Virus record (IMG/VR): IMGVR_UViG_3300028832_002790
Coordinates: 25,207-89,206 of that record
Direction: 5' to 3' (one strand)
DNA: 64,000 nt
Source of the DNA: a virus
Taxonomy: Duplodnaviria; Caudoviricetes
Shown here: positions 19,862 to 29,709 of the stretch, one piece after another
Layout of the letters: each line of letters starts with the position of its first letter
Position numbering within the stretch: the stretch's first letter is position 1
Translations under genes and position numbers: made by a program
Notes under the pieces: model-generated
Seen by the model: the letters and a program-made list of their open reading frames with translations, nothing else
The model's database searches: none
Told to the model about the DNA's origin: nothing

Positions 19862-20036
19862 AGTACTTTATAATCCTATAAACTTCCTTGGCGTCTCCGT
19901 TTTGTATAGCCTCCTTGATGGCCTTGTCCTCGCGGATTTCGTCCATCTTGTCCTTCAGCTTCTTGGATTCCTTGTACGTCAGGTACTTGAAATAGACCCA
20001 GACCAAAAAGGAAACGACCACCTTCAAACCACTCAT
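19818..20036 (-). CDS. Small N-terminal TM plus helical protein, i-spanin candidate, 72 aa
   Basis: LKVVVSFLVWVYF hydrophobic segment followed by a charged helix. Confidence 0.45.
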   Translation of the reverse strand: MSGLKVVVSFLVWVYFKYLTYKESKKLKDKMDEIREDKAIKEAIQNGDAKEVYRIIKYYGDYNKRDGSKGIV

Positions 20037-20040
20037 CGAA

Positions 20041-20397
20041 TCAAATAACCATCTTCTTTTCGGCGTCTGTCAACTTCATATCGTCGCCCGGAACGATCTT
20101 GCGATACTCTCCGAGAAGCGAATTGAACTTTGCCGTCTTCTCCAAGAAAAACTTGCGCTTGAACGAAAGATTCGGCGTCTGCATCTCCGTCATAGCGAAG
20201 AATTCGCCAAACACCATCGAAAGATTCGCATAAACACCGGCCAGATTCGCAATAAAAACCCCGTCTGTCGACTTCGTGAGAGCCTCCACGACGAACGGCT
20301 TGATGTGAATCATGTACCTAAACATACCGAGAAGCTTCTCGTGATAGTTACGATCTGCCTCGTCGTATTCGCTAACATCTACGTCTGCAATATTCAT
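20041..20397 (-). CDS. Hypothetical protein, 118 aa
   Basis: ORF preceded by TTGACA-N17-TAAATT (20425-20453). Confidence 0.65.
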   Translation of the reverse strand: MNIADVDVSEYDEADRNYHEKLLGMFRYMIHIKPFVVEALTKSTDGVFIANLAGVYANLSMVFGEFFAMTEMQTPNLSFKRKFFLEKTAKFNSLLGEYRKIVPGDDMKLTDAEKKMVI

Positions 20398-20479
20398 AGT
20401 TCTGTGGTTTTACCTTCTAATATAAATTTACCAAAATCCCCCCTCCTTGTCAAGCCAAATCTTAAAAATAAATACCATT

Positions 20480-21079
20480 ATGACAAACAGCGGAGAATCT
20501 GACGAAAACGACTTCTTGGAAGACCTTTCCGGCCTTTCCGATGACCTGAAGCATCCCAACAAGACACAAACCATCGACAACATAGACATCGACAACCTCA
20601 TAGAAGACGACGAGTCGTCCGACCAGAAGCAGCTTGTCCCGGTCGAGCAGCAGACAAAGGAAGTTGCGCCTGTTGCGCCGCCGCCTCCTCCCATCAAGCC
20701 GGAATCCTCGAAGGAGGATATCCAGAACTACGTCCTTTCCCAATGCCAAGACATCATACAGCAGGGAAAGGCGACTCTTGAACAGTTGCAGGATACCGTT
20801 GTAAATACGTGCGACGGAAAGGCGATAAACGGATACGCCACCCTTCTGGCCTCTCTGGGAAAGGTTCTCGACACGGCAAACGCCATCGGAATGGAGAAAT
20901 CCAGAATCGAAAGCGCCATCAACATGGAGAATCTCAAGCATCAGCACAAGACCCAGATAAAATCATCCGAGGCCCCCGTGACAAAGAACACGGTCAACAT
21001 CGTGGCCGGGCGCGAAGAGGTTATGAAGATGCTCGAAAATATGAAGGACGAAGCCGAGGAAATCGAAGCATCAGATTGA
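20480..21079 (+). CDS. 16: Terminase small subunit (T4 gp16-like), 199 aa
   Basis: Helical core followed by the gp16-like tail NTVNIVAGREEVMKML; TAAATA-N5-ATG late promoter. Confidence 0.55.
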   Translation: MTNSGESDENDFLEDLSGLSDDLKHPNKTQTIDNIDIDNLIEDDESSDQKQLVPVEQQTKEVAPVAPPPPPIKPESSKEDIQNYVLSQCQDIIQQGKATLEQLQDTVVNTCDGKAINGYATLLASLGKVLDTANAIGMEKSRIESAINMENLKHQHKTQIKSSEAPVTKNTVNIVAGREEVMKMLENMKDEAEEIEASD

Positions 21080-22003
21080 TACGTTCGCCCAGCTCGTGCA
21101 TATCTTCTTATATGCGTGACAAACGCACATCTTTGCTTCGGTGGCGTTGTCGAGCGCACCTTGTGTCCATCCGTTGTATCCGCACTTGACATTCTTCAGG
21201 CCCTTGCTTGTCTGGCCGACCTTCAACCAGTCGATCTTTCCGCTGTACCAGTTTCCATTGGCCTTGAGCCCGAGACAGACCAGCGTATACTTTGATCCTC
21301 CCCACCCGTTTATCGTGCTTTCGCCGCTGGCGTATTTCCACTTCAGCAAAGATTTTCCAGATATGCTTGCTCCGGTTATCTTCGCGTCGACCGCGCCTAT
21401 TTTTCCTCCTCCCCATCCTCCGCACGACCATTCGCCGGACTTTGCTGGCATTCCGGTCGCCGGTACGCAATCTCCCTGATCCCCTCCAAGTACGCCCTCT
21501 GGCCATTCGGCGTCCTGATAGACGGTATCGATGGTAAAGTCGGCCAAAAACGACGTATCTCCGTTTACGGCAACGAGCTTGGTGTCCTTATCGCACCACA
21601 TGTATCCCGGCGTGTTTGGCTCCAACCCAATCTCGCAGCACTTGTCCCAAGGATACTCGTCATTGTCGCCGTCGTTGCCCTTTCCCTTTACGTTGCTAAG
21701 AAGCGGATTCGACGACTCTTCCTGCCCGACATCATCCTCGAAGTACGGCCAAGTCGGGTTGATATGTCCGCAGAACCACTCTGGAATCTCGGGTCGCTTC
21801 ATATTTCCTTTCGATCCAAGATTGAGCTCGGCGACAGCCTTAAAATATGTTACGCTGAACGGAATAAGACGAGCTCTCGGATTGTGCTCCTTCATCCATG
21901 CTATCTTCTCAAGGGTCGTCATGGTACCGGAAAGCTTAGTCTCGGTCGGTGTAGCCGATCTAACTACGAAATTTCCTCTTCTGGTGTCGAGCGAATATCT
22001 CAT
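21071..22003 (-). CDS. Hypothetical virion/baseplate protein, 310 aa
   Basis: Starts 2 nt after the gp5-like stop; W/G/C-rich C-terminal domain. Confidence 0.6.
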   Translation of the reverse strand: MRYSLDTRRGNFVVRSATPTETKLSGTMTTLEKIAWMKEHNPRARLIPFSVTYFKAVAELNLGSKGNMKRPEIPEWFCGHINPTWPYFEDDVGQEESSNPLLSNVKGKGNDGDNDEYPWDKCCEIGLEPNTPGYMWCDKDTKLVAVNGDTSFLADFTIDTVYQDAEWPEGVLGGDQGDCVPATGMPAKSGEWSCGGWGGGKIGAVDAKITGASISGKSLLKWKYASGESTINGWGGSKYTLVCLGLKANGNWYSGKIDWLKVGQTSKGLKNVKCGYNGWTQGALDNATEAKMCVCHAYKKICTSWANVSI

Positions 22004-22005
22004 TT

Positions 22006-25000
22006 TCAGTCGTCGCCCTCCTTACATCCCATTCCCTGAGAATACTTGCCGCACCAGCCGAGCAATACCGCCTGACATTCCTTGTCTCCGGCACGCAAAT
22101 ATTCGTTGTCACCAACCATATCGCCTTCTATCGTATCTTCGTAGAATCCCATAGCGGTAGCAGTCGGCGATGTTCCGGCGGCAGGTTTGAACCCTCCGCT
22201 AAAATCGTCGTCGTCTCCGTCGCCGGTAAGCTTGAATGTAAGAACGCACATAATATACCCGAACTTGTTCTTGTTTGACATAGCTATGGCGTGATCTGTT
22301 GTATTGAGGGTTTTATTGAAATAATCGCGGATGCTATAACCGACGAGCATGCCTGTATCCCCGTCAGAATATCCATAAACTGGGCCAACAAACATCTTGT
22401 CGCCAGTATTATTGTGTCCATCCAACCCCTTTCCTCTCAAATTTCCTTCAAGGCTCGGCAAATTCTGACATACCGTTTCAAACATAAACGGCCAGAAGAT
22501 AGCTCCGTATTTTTCATACATGGCATCCACTTTCGGATCGCGCTTGAACGCTCCGACATGGTGTCTACGACGGGCCGCCACAATTATCGTTCTGCTGTTG
22601 ATATTGTTATTTTCCGTCAATAGAGCAGCTCTTACTCCGTTAGGACAATCTTTGAAGGACGCCGGAATCTGCAAAAATGCATGATTATGGGAAGGCATTC
22701 TCAATGTCGCGTCCATCGGTGCTTGAAGCGCGGCTATAAGTCCGTTTATCGCTCCGCCGATCGCACTAAACGCCTGCGAGTACTGATTCGATGTCTTTCT
22801 CTTGTCTCTTCCGATTAAATATCCTGCTATCGCCCCCCCTATAGTACCAGTGCCGCCCGCGAATGATCCAAGTACGCCACCTACCACAGTATGCTTCCAT
22901 CGACTCCATTTGCTCTTCTTCTTTTTCGTCGCCGCCTCGGTTCCTGCGGTTACATCAGGCCCCAGTTCGCCAATACCTTCGGCGGCCAAATCAAGCTGAA
23001 TGACTACCTTTACTTCGCACGCTTCGTTTTCGCCGCCAGTATACATTTCCGTCTGCGTTACTGCGATTTCTCCCGGAGCCGTAACGTGTTGAACGGCCAA
23101 TTCTCCCTCCACAAGAAGTCCGCCACGGATGATTTGGTTTCTCATCACATGCAACTGGCCGTCAACGGTAAGAGCGTTGTGCTCAACCGGGTTTATCGTC
23201 ATCTTTCTGGCGCGAAGCATCAATCTCTCGCCGCCGTCGATGACCATATCGTGCTTTGCGGACATTATGAGCTCCTGCGTAGCTATGTTCGTGATTCCAC
23301 CGGCGAGCTCCATTCTTCCGGTTGTATGTATTATTATTCCGTTGGAACCTACGCTGACGGTCCATTTATTTCCGATGGTTAAATTATAATCCCCTCCGGG
23401 AATCTGCGGTACATCCACAGGCTCGACGTGCGGCGTAGGAAGATAATACGGAACTGTCGATTGTTGCGTTACGAACAATCCATCTACACGAAGCTTTCCT
23501 ATTGGGTCTACCCTGTACGAAGGAAGGTCGTTGAACATCGCGCCGATTACCTCGACCTTGGACATCGATACCTTTTTGACTTCCTCCCCCTGTTCTCCCA
23601 AATTTGTAAAAACGTCCCTAGCCTTATCTATAATATCGGTATACGCACTCTGTATCTGCGACCCGCTCCTTTTGTCCTCCTCCTGCCATGTTCCGTTTTC
23701 CGTAGACGGACTGAATGTTATTTGTGCGTTCGGTTTTTCCGTCCACATTGAAGTGCTGGTGTTTTCGCGCCAAAACACATTGTTGCACGTCGGGCACATT
23801 ATTCCGCCGAAAAATCCCAATTTTCCGCAAGATGCGTGATCTTTATGATTGCTCTTAAAATACGCCTCGACGTCCTCAAACAACGAAACGCAGTGCGACG
23901 TGGCCTTCGGTATTCTCGACCACCCATACTCCACTCTCGACACGCTGTCGTCGTCGGTATCAAGCTGTTCGTGGTACTCGGCGTCGTCGTCATCAGCTTT
24001 TGCCGTAAACTCCGCCTTCTTGTCGGTCGCCGGATTTGCCAATTCATTCACCTGCTTGTCCGCGTCTTCGTTAAACGTTCCGGGAATATTAAGACCGTTG
24101 ATGTGATATGGATCATACGCCACGCCACCGCAGGTTGGACAAATGATGAATCCGTTTCCGATCGGAACCATCTTCTGCTTGGTCGAACAGTCCTTCGGTG
24201 TCATATCGTACAGGGTTCTCTTCACCGGAAACAGCTGCAAAGTCTGCCCCAAGTCCTTCAACGGTTTCCTAAGATTCTCAAGCTCCTTGTGCAAATCGTA
24301 GAACCGCCCTATCTGCTCCGAAGAATTGCCGTCCACTCGTATGTTGCTGTCCGCTCCGATGTACAGCCCCTTGCTCCCGCCGACCGTCTCGAATTCGTCG
24401 CCCTTCACCAGCTTCTGGTCGTTCTTCGGTGCGAACTCGATGTTCGTCGCGTTGTTGAACTCCTTGAAACCTCCGGCGTAATGCTGTAGCTTCAAAGACT
24501 CGCGGTTGTCCGTGTCGATGAACTCTATCGTATGCTTATTGCTGTTGATGACGGTCTTGCTGGTGAACACCTTGCTGTTGTCATCATCCACATTGTCGTT
24601 CTCGAACTTCCCCGGATAATCGTATGTCTTGACGATTTCGCCGATCTTGTTCACCTCGTTCAACCCGGTGTACAGCTGCTTGATCGAATCGGAATTGTAG
24701 CTCGCCGCAAAATAAACGGGGAACATGGGGTCATTGTTCTGATAGAAAACATACACCTTGGCTCCGACGTTCGGTATAGAAAAGATTCCGCGAACCATTC
24801 CGCTGTAATTGCACGGCTCGTAATCGGATGCGTTCGGGTTGGTAAGCTTCGAGCCGGGATCCGTCTGTATGAACTTGTCGTTGACCCTATCCTCGACATA
24901 GGCGTTCAATGGCCTGTATGCGTTCTGCGCTTCGGCCTCTCCGAATGTGGCGGTATCGTTTCTCGCCGTTTTCTCAAGAACCCTGCGGAACCGGCCGTCG

Positions 25001-25278
25001 GCATTTCCGCCGAATATGGGCCCGGCGAAGTTCGCCCACGGAAGAAGTTCCTTGAGATCGTCGAATATCTCCATCAGCTGCGGACTGATTTCCTTGTCGA
25101 CAGCGTTGAAGAGAAATTCCCACTTGTCCTTTCCTTCCGGGTTCCCATCGTCGATCCACTTATTGAGCTTGTCTATGTTCGGAGAATGCTCCGGTACGAA
25201 CACCTTCACTCTTCCCCAGAAATTGGGATCGTTGTTCTGTACAACGATTCCAAGGTGAAATCCACTATAATCCATCAT
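22006..25278 (-). CDS. 5: Baseplate central spike/hub (gp5/VgrG-like), 1090 aa
   Basis: N-terminal OB-fold GIVVQNNDPNFWGRVKVFVP, GIFSIPNVGAKVYVF, V/I-x-G beta-helix repeats, and an HxH motif (SHNH). Confidence 0.8.
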   Translation of the reverse strand: MMDYSGFHLGIVVQNNDPNFWGRVKVFVPEHSPNIDKLNKWIDDGNPEGKDKWEFLFNAVDKEISPQLMEIFDDLKELLPWANFAGPIFGGNADGRFRRVLEKTARNDTATFGEAEAQNAYRPLNAYVEDRVNDKFIQTDPGSKLTNPNASDYEPCNYSGMVRGIFSIPNVGAKVYVFYQNNDPMFPVYFAASYNSDSIKQLYTGLNEVNKIGEIVKTYDYPGKFENDNVDDDNSKVFTSKTVINSNKHTIEFIDTDNRESLKLQHYAGGFKEFNNATNIEFAPKNDQKLVKGDEFETVGGSKGLYIGADSNIRVDGNSSEQIGRFYDLHKELENLRKPLKDLGQTLQLFPVKRTLYDMTPKDCSTKQKMVPIGNGFIICPTCGGVAYDPYHINGLNIPGTFNEDADKQVNELANPATDKKAEFTAKADDDDAEYHEQLDTDDDSVSRVEYGWSRIPKATSHCVSLFEDVEAYFKSNHKDHASCGKLGFFGGIMCPTCNNVFWRENTSTSMWTEKPNAQITFSPSTENGTWQEEDKRSGSQIQSAYTDIIDKARDVFTNLGEQGEEVKKVSMSKVEVIGAMFNDLPSYRVDPIGKLRVDGLFVTQQSTVPYYLPTPHVEPVDVPQIPGGDYNLTIGNKWTVSVGSNGIIIHTTGRMELAGGITNIATQELIMSAKHDMVIDGGERLMLRARKMTINPVEHNALTVDGQLHVMRNQIIRGGLLVEGELAVQHVTAPGEIAVTQTEMYTGGENEACEVKVVIQLDLAAEGIGELGPDVTAGTEAATKKKKSKWSRWKHTVVGGVLGSFAGGTGTIGGAIAGYLIGRDKRKTSNQYSQAFSAIGGAINGLIAALQAPMDATLRMPSHNHAFLQIPASFKDCPNGVRAALLTENNNINSRTIIVAARRRHHVGAFKRDPKVDAMYEKYGAIFWPFMFETVCQNLPSLEGNLRGKGLDGHNNTGDKMFVGPVYGYSDGDTGMLVGYSIRDYFNKTLNTTDHAIAMSNKNKFGYIMCVLTFKLTGDGDDDDFSGGFKPAAGTSPTATAMGFYEDTIEGDMVGDNEYLRAGDKECQAVLLGWCGKYSQGMGCKEGDD

Positions 25279-25841
25279 GTCCAATCCTCCTCGCACTTGA
25301 GCGGCTCTACGCACACGAACCCGTCAAATTTCTTGCCAGAATACTTCTTATCCGGGTAGGCGTTCGGATAGAACATCCCCAATGTCTCGACGGCTGGCGA
25401 ACTATTCGTCTGTTCGTCGTGTATCTCGTCGACGTCTGCCCCGTGATATGCGTCTCCATAGGTGCTCAACAGCTTCCTTTCGATAGCCTGCCCTATCGGA
25501 TTTGTTATTCCGCGAATTTCCTTCCGAATGAGGGCGTCCGCCGCTAAATGCCTTCCCGGCGATACTCCATGGGCTTCGCTGGTGTTGTCGTACTGGTAGG
25601 TGTCCGACCCCTTCGCGGGTTTCGTGGTTCTTACCATTCTGGCTATCGAATCGAGAAATATCTCCCTGCATTTCGAAAACCCAAACTCCGTGATGTCCTT
25701 CACGGCTGGATCTATGACGTTCTTCGACACGGCGGCACGAAGCGCCCTGAGCTGCCCGTCCTTCTGTGCGTCGATGGTCATGTTGTTCGCCGTGCCATCG
25801 TTGTCCATGAACAATGAATTGCAATAATTGGAAATCGGCAT
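25275..25841 (-). CDS. Hypothetical baseplate-region protein, 188 aa
   Basis: Coupled to both neighbours (TAATG, ATGA overlaps). Confidence 0.6.
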   Translation of the reverse strand: MPISNYCNSLFMDNDGTANNMTIDAQKDGQLRALRAAVSKNVIDPAVKDITEFGFSKCREIFLDSIARMVRTTKPAKGSDTYQYDNTSEAHGVSPGRHLAADALIRKEIRGITNPIGQAIERKLLSTYGDAYHGADVDEIHDEQTNSSPAVETLGMFYPNAYPDKKYSGKKFDGFVCVEPLKCEEDWT

Positions 25842-26815
25842 TACTTTATCAACCCCTTCTTCTTCAGTGCATCATCGGTGTCGCTTATCCTAGACAGGGT
25901 ATAAAACCACAGCTCCTCCGGCATGGCCGATTTGCAGTGATCCATCATAGCCTTGTGCTGCTCCGATGAATATCCCTCTTTGTTGCCGTTCGTCCTAAGA
26001 TTGATAGACGACAGCCAATAGTCCACAAGAATATCCACATACGACTTCCATATGGTAAGAGCGTTCGTGAACCACGCCTTCGGGCAGTCGTCCACCGCGC
26101 CATACGGCCACTTGTTGTACATGTCGACGGTTGCGTTCACGTGCCTTACGAAGCTGTCGCTGAATGTGTCTGGATATGGCTTCACCACAAGATAATAGGT
26201 TCCGTCCTCCTTCACCTTCGGCAACGAAAGAACCGCTCTGTACTTGGAATATCCGGGATGCTCGTTCTTGGCTACCTCCAGCTCCTCCTTGTAATCCTTC
26301 TGCATCTCGTCCTCTATCCTGTCGCAATCGCACTTATAGAATAACTTCTCCATTATTCCCATGAACTTCATCCATATCTCAATCGCCTTCTGAAACACGG
26401 ACGCTATAAGGTCGGATATGGACTGGATGAACTCTATGATCGCATTTATTATAACGCTTTTCTTACAACACGTCTTTCCCGCACTAGACCAGCTCAAAAT
26501 GTAACAACCGACGATTACTATCTCGTCCGCTATCCGGGCCACCGTCCCGACCGTGGCATAGAACAGGTCCATAAGGGCGCTGATGGACGCATATATGACA
26601 TCCATAGCCAATTTTAATAAAGCGTCGAAAAGCTTTACGAATATGGCCCAGAACCCATATGGGCAGGAATACTTCGTACACCATTCCTTCGTCTCCCGAA
26701 ACAGCGCCTCGTCGTCCTTACAGTACTTCTTTCGCATCTCGTCTGCATATTCTGACAGACGCCATGCGTCCAAATCCACCTTCGGTGTTCCGTTGGCATA
26801 AGTTTCTCTGGCCAT
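25841..26815 (-). CDS. Cys-rich helical hypothetical late protein, 324 aa
   Basis: Long ORF; CATAAATA-N5-ATG. Confidence 0.65.
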   Translation of the reverse strand: MARETYANGTPKVDLDAWRLSEYADEMRKKYCKDDEALFRETKEWCTKYSCPYGFWAIFVKLFDALLKLAMDVIYASISALMDLFYATVGTVARIADEIVIVGCYILSWSSAGKTCCKKSVIINAIIEFIQSISDLIASVFQKAIEIWMKFMGIMEKLFYKCDCDRIEDEMQKDYKEELEVAKNEHPGYSKYRAVLSLPKVKEDGTYYLVVKPYPDTFSDSFVRHVNATVDMYNKWPYGAVDDCPKAWFTNALTIWKSYVDILVDYWLSSINLRTNGNKEGYSSEQHKAMMDHCKSAMPEELWFYTLSRISDTDDALKKKGLIK

Positions 26816-26842
26816 ATCAATATTTATGGCCCGATAAACAAG

Positions 26843-26871
26843 AAAAAACCCCGCCGATTTGGCGAGGTTTT
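26843..26871 (-). terminator. Intrinsic terminator
   Basis: AAAACC-CCGCC-loop-GGCG-AGGTTTT imperfect stem with a U tract on the minus strand. Confidence 0.6.
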
Positions 26872-26878
26872 ATGGATT

Positions 26879-27373
26879 TTACCACTCTAAGGCTTTATCC
26901 ATCGTTTCTCCCATGCTTTCCTTGGTGGGATTTTCGATAGGGACGAATGTTCCCTCCTTCGGGCCGCAATCGTCACAATATGGGCAAATCCAGCCCCTTG
27001 ACATCCTCGTGGCGGGCTTTCCGCACTCGCAACAGGTAACTTCTGACTGCCACTCGTGCTTCTGGATGATTTCGGAGATTCCGTCTTCGTCCGGCCAATA
27101 GTAGCACCGAATGGACCCGAACTTCTCCTTCAGCTGCTCGATCCTGAACTTATCGAGGGCTTCCTGCCCGCCGTGCTCCAAAAGATATTTCTTGATCTCC
27201 CGGAACATATCGATGGCGATGTTCCGCCACCCCGGAGGAAGATTATCGATCTCCGTATACTCAAACTTGTCGTCTGGTACGGTCTTGCCATCCACCCACC
27301 GATCGAGCCGAATGAACGGCAGCTCCTCAACCAGCTTTCTGTTTTCCTCTATTCTTTCTTGGCTTACTTCCAT
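26879..27373 (-). CDS. Phage protein with a C-terminal Zn ribbon, 164 aa
   Basis: QLKEKFGSIRCY and TCCECGKP...CPYCDDC motifs. Confidence 0.65.
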   Translation of the reverse strand: MEVSQERIEENRKLVEELPFIRLDRWVDGKTVPDDKFEYTEIDNLPPGWRNIAIDMFREIKKYLLEHGGQEALDKFRIEQLKEKFGSIRCYYWPDEDGISEIIQKHEWQSEVTCCECGKPATRMSRGWICPYCDDCGPKEGTFVPIENPTKESMGETMDKALEW

Positions 27374-28010
27374 TCTTGGCCTTCTTTCCGCTTGATTTTT
27401 CCTTCTTGGCGTCCTTCTTCTCGTCGGGCTTGTTCTCGGCCCCTTTCGCCGCCTGTTCTTCGGCCTTGTCCTTGGCCGTCTCTTTTTGAATGTGATCCGC
27501 GATCATCTTGGACATTTCGTGGCCGATCTGTTCGCCTATGATCTCCGAGCGCGGCTTCACATTATGCTTCTTGAGCATTCCGTTGTATATCTCGTCGTCG
27601 TCCTTATCAAGAAGCTCGTGGTATCCGGCCGACTTCGCCTCATTGTAGACATTGGCAAAAATCCGCTCGAAAATGATGTCTTTCTCCTTGTCAGAAAGCT
27701 TCTTCTGTGAATCGGCAAACTCGCGCTGAACCTTGTCGATCCTCTTCTTGGCCTCCACGGCCTCTCCGTCGATTATCGGCTGGATCACTTCTCTGATGTA
27801 TTTCAACTTGCGATCCAACATATCAATGGAATCCTCGATATTGTCCAGCCTCTTGCGTGTGGAAAGAATCTCGACAAGCGTATCGTTCTGCGCCTTCAAA
27901 AGATTCGGGTCAAGGTGCATGGACAATGCGTCCGCGAGGAGACAGCCGAGTTCCTCTTTCTGTGTATCGGTAAAACCGACATCTTTCTTTTTTCTGCTGA
28001 ATATGCTCAT
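27327..28010 (-). CDS. Coiled-coil hypothetical protein, 227 aa
   Basis: ORF with GGAG SD and TTGACA-N17-TAGAAT promoter (28035-28063). Confidence 0.65.
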   Translation of the reverse strand: MSIFSRKKKDVGFTDTQKEELGCLLADALSMHLDPNLLKAQNDTLVEILSTRKRLDNIEDSIDMLDRKLKYIREVIQPIIDGEAVEAKKRIDKVQREFADSQKKLSDKEKDIIFERIFANVYNEAKSAGYHELLDKDDDEIYNGMLKKHNVKPRSEIIGEQIGHEMSKMIADHIQKETAKDKAEEQAAKGAENKPDEKKDAKKEKSSGKKAKNGSKPRKNRGKQKAG

Positions 28011-28068
28011 ATTTTTTTTACTCCAATGACCGACATTCTACTGAATTTCGTCGCAAATGTCAACACAT

Positions 28069-29424
28069 TTATGACGGAATCTTGCCCATGAAATCGTCCA
28101 GCTCCACAACAACGCTCTTCTGCACCGTTGTGTCCGGCAGCATCTCCTCGGTGATCTCGTCGTCGTCCGTCTCGCAGATCGTCATAGTCGGATAGTCTAT
28201 CTTCATGTTGCACACGCCCCAGTTCTTCTCGAAACGGCTCTTCTGGATTCCGATGTGCATAATGCCATTCTTCTTGTCCTCCTCGGTGGCCCACATCGAA
28301 GCGACGAAATCCGCCGTGTAGGCGCTTCCGATGGATTCGCTGACGTCGGTAAGGGTGGCGTTCTCCTTCTTCATGCCCTCTCGGTTCAGCTGCGTGGCGG
28401 TAATGCACGGGCACTTCGTCTGATAAGTCAGAGCCCTGAGCTGTTCGGACAGGATCTTTCCGTCCTCGTATGTGTTGTTCACGTCGCGCCCCGGATGAAG
28501 CAGATTCAAGTAGTCGACGACTAGGATATCCGGCTTGATGCCCGCTCTCTCCACCTGTTCGATCCACGAACTGATTCTGGACACCGTGGTGGCCTTGGTC
28601 GGAAACTCCTTCACGATCAGCGTGCCCGCGCCCTGCCCCTTCAGTATCTTCGCGTTGTTCTCGATTTCCACCACATGCTGCTTCAGCGTATTTACATCAA
28701 GCCCGTTGATCTTCGCCGCAATTCTGGAAATATACATAACCTCGGACATTTCCATCGTTGGAAGCAGGACGTTCTTCCCGGCCAAGAACGCATTGGCCGC
28801 GATGTTTCCAAGCATAATGGACTTTCCGACGTTCGTTCCGGCTTGGAAGATATATAGGGCCTTTCCTTCCGCCTGCCATCCGCCGTTCAGCATTCTGTCC
28901 AGCCACTTGTACCCGGTCGGAATGGTGATCTGCGGCTTCGTGATCTCCTTTGTGAACTCGTGCATCATATCGATGTAGTTCCACCCGATATCGTCGATGA
29001 TGGAAAGATTGCATGCCTTTGTGAAGATATCCAGAATCTGAGATTCCGTCAACTTCTTGACCTTCGGATTGGTGGACGAAAGATTTTCCGTAACCCGAAC
29101 GAGCCCGTTGTAAACCCCTCTCTCGCGGAAGAACTTCTCCGTGTTGGCCATCAGTTCGTCAGGATTGTATCCGCCGTCCATATTCTCGACAACGGAGAAC
29201 ACGGAATCGACTGACTTCAGCTCGTTCTCGTCGCACATTACCTCCACCTCCGTCTTGTTCGGGATGGAAAGGTGCTTCTTGAAGAACTCAAGAATCTTGG
29301 TCATAAAAATTTTGATGTCCTTGTTATGGAAAAATTCTGGATCACAGCTGTCTACGATCTTTCCAAGATATGCGCGGTCGCCCGACATCTGAGCGACCAC
29401 CCATTCAAACTTATCTGTGTTCAT
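28069..29424 (-). CDS. 41: Replicative DnaB-family helicase (T4 gp41), 451 aa
   Basis: Walker A AGTNVGKS, VKEFPT, VVDYLNL, TATQLNR, SESIG, KSRF. Confidence 0.95.
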   Translation of the reverse strand: MNTDKFEWVVAQMSGDRAYLGKIVDSCDPEFFHNKDIKIFMTKILEFFKKHLSIPNKTEVEVMCDENELKSVDSVFSVVENMDGGYNPDELMANTEKFFRERGVYNGLVRVTENLSSTNPKVKKLTESQILDIFTKACNLSIIDDIGWNYIDMMHEFTKEITKPQITIPTGYKWLDRMLNGGWQAEGKALYIFQAGTNVGKSIMLGNIAANAFLAGKNVLLPTMEMSEVMYISRIAAKINGLDVNTLKQHVVEIENNAKILKGQGAGTLIVKEFPTKATTVSRISSWIEQVERAGIKPDILVVDYLNLLHPGRDVNNTYEDGKILSEQLRALTYQTKCPCITATQLNREGMKKENATLTDVSESIGSAYTADFVASMWATEEDKKNGIMHIGIQKSRFEKNWGVCNMKIDYPTMTICETDDDEITEEMLPDTTVQKSVVVELDDFMGKIPS

Positions 29425-29615
29425 CACTTCGAATCTTTGACTTCGGAGTCCTTATTCTTACCACAAATCTCCGTGTGGGTCAAGCCCGTGGTAACATAAT
29501 CCTTTTCTTTCCGCAGAGCTTTATCTACAACAGAAGCACATTTCTGCGTATATCCGCGCCACATCTTCGCAAATTCCGCGTTCTTCGGATCGTTCAAATC
29601 GATTATCTCCGCCAT
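29424..29615 (-). CDS. Hypothetical protein, 63 aa
   Basis: AAGGAG SD; promoter TTGACA-N17-TATACT (29637-29665). Confidence 0.6.
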   Translation of the reverse strand: MAEIIDLNDPKNAEFAKMWRGYTQKCASVVDKALRKEKDYVTTGLTHTEICGKNKDSEVKDSK

Positions 29616-29709
29616 TGTCGTTCTCCTTATGATCGGAGTATACAAAAATCCCCGCCTGTTGTCAAGCGGGGATTCAACATATAAAATTAACCAATATCAA
29701 TTCAATAGA

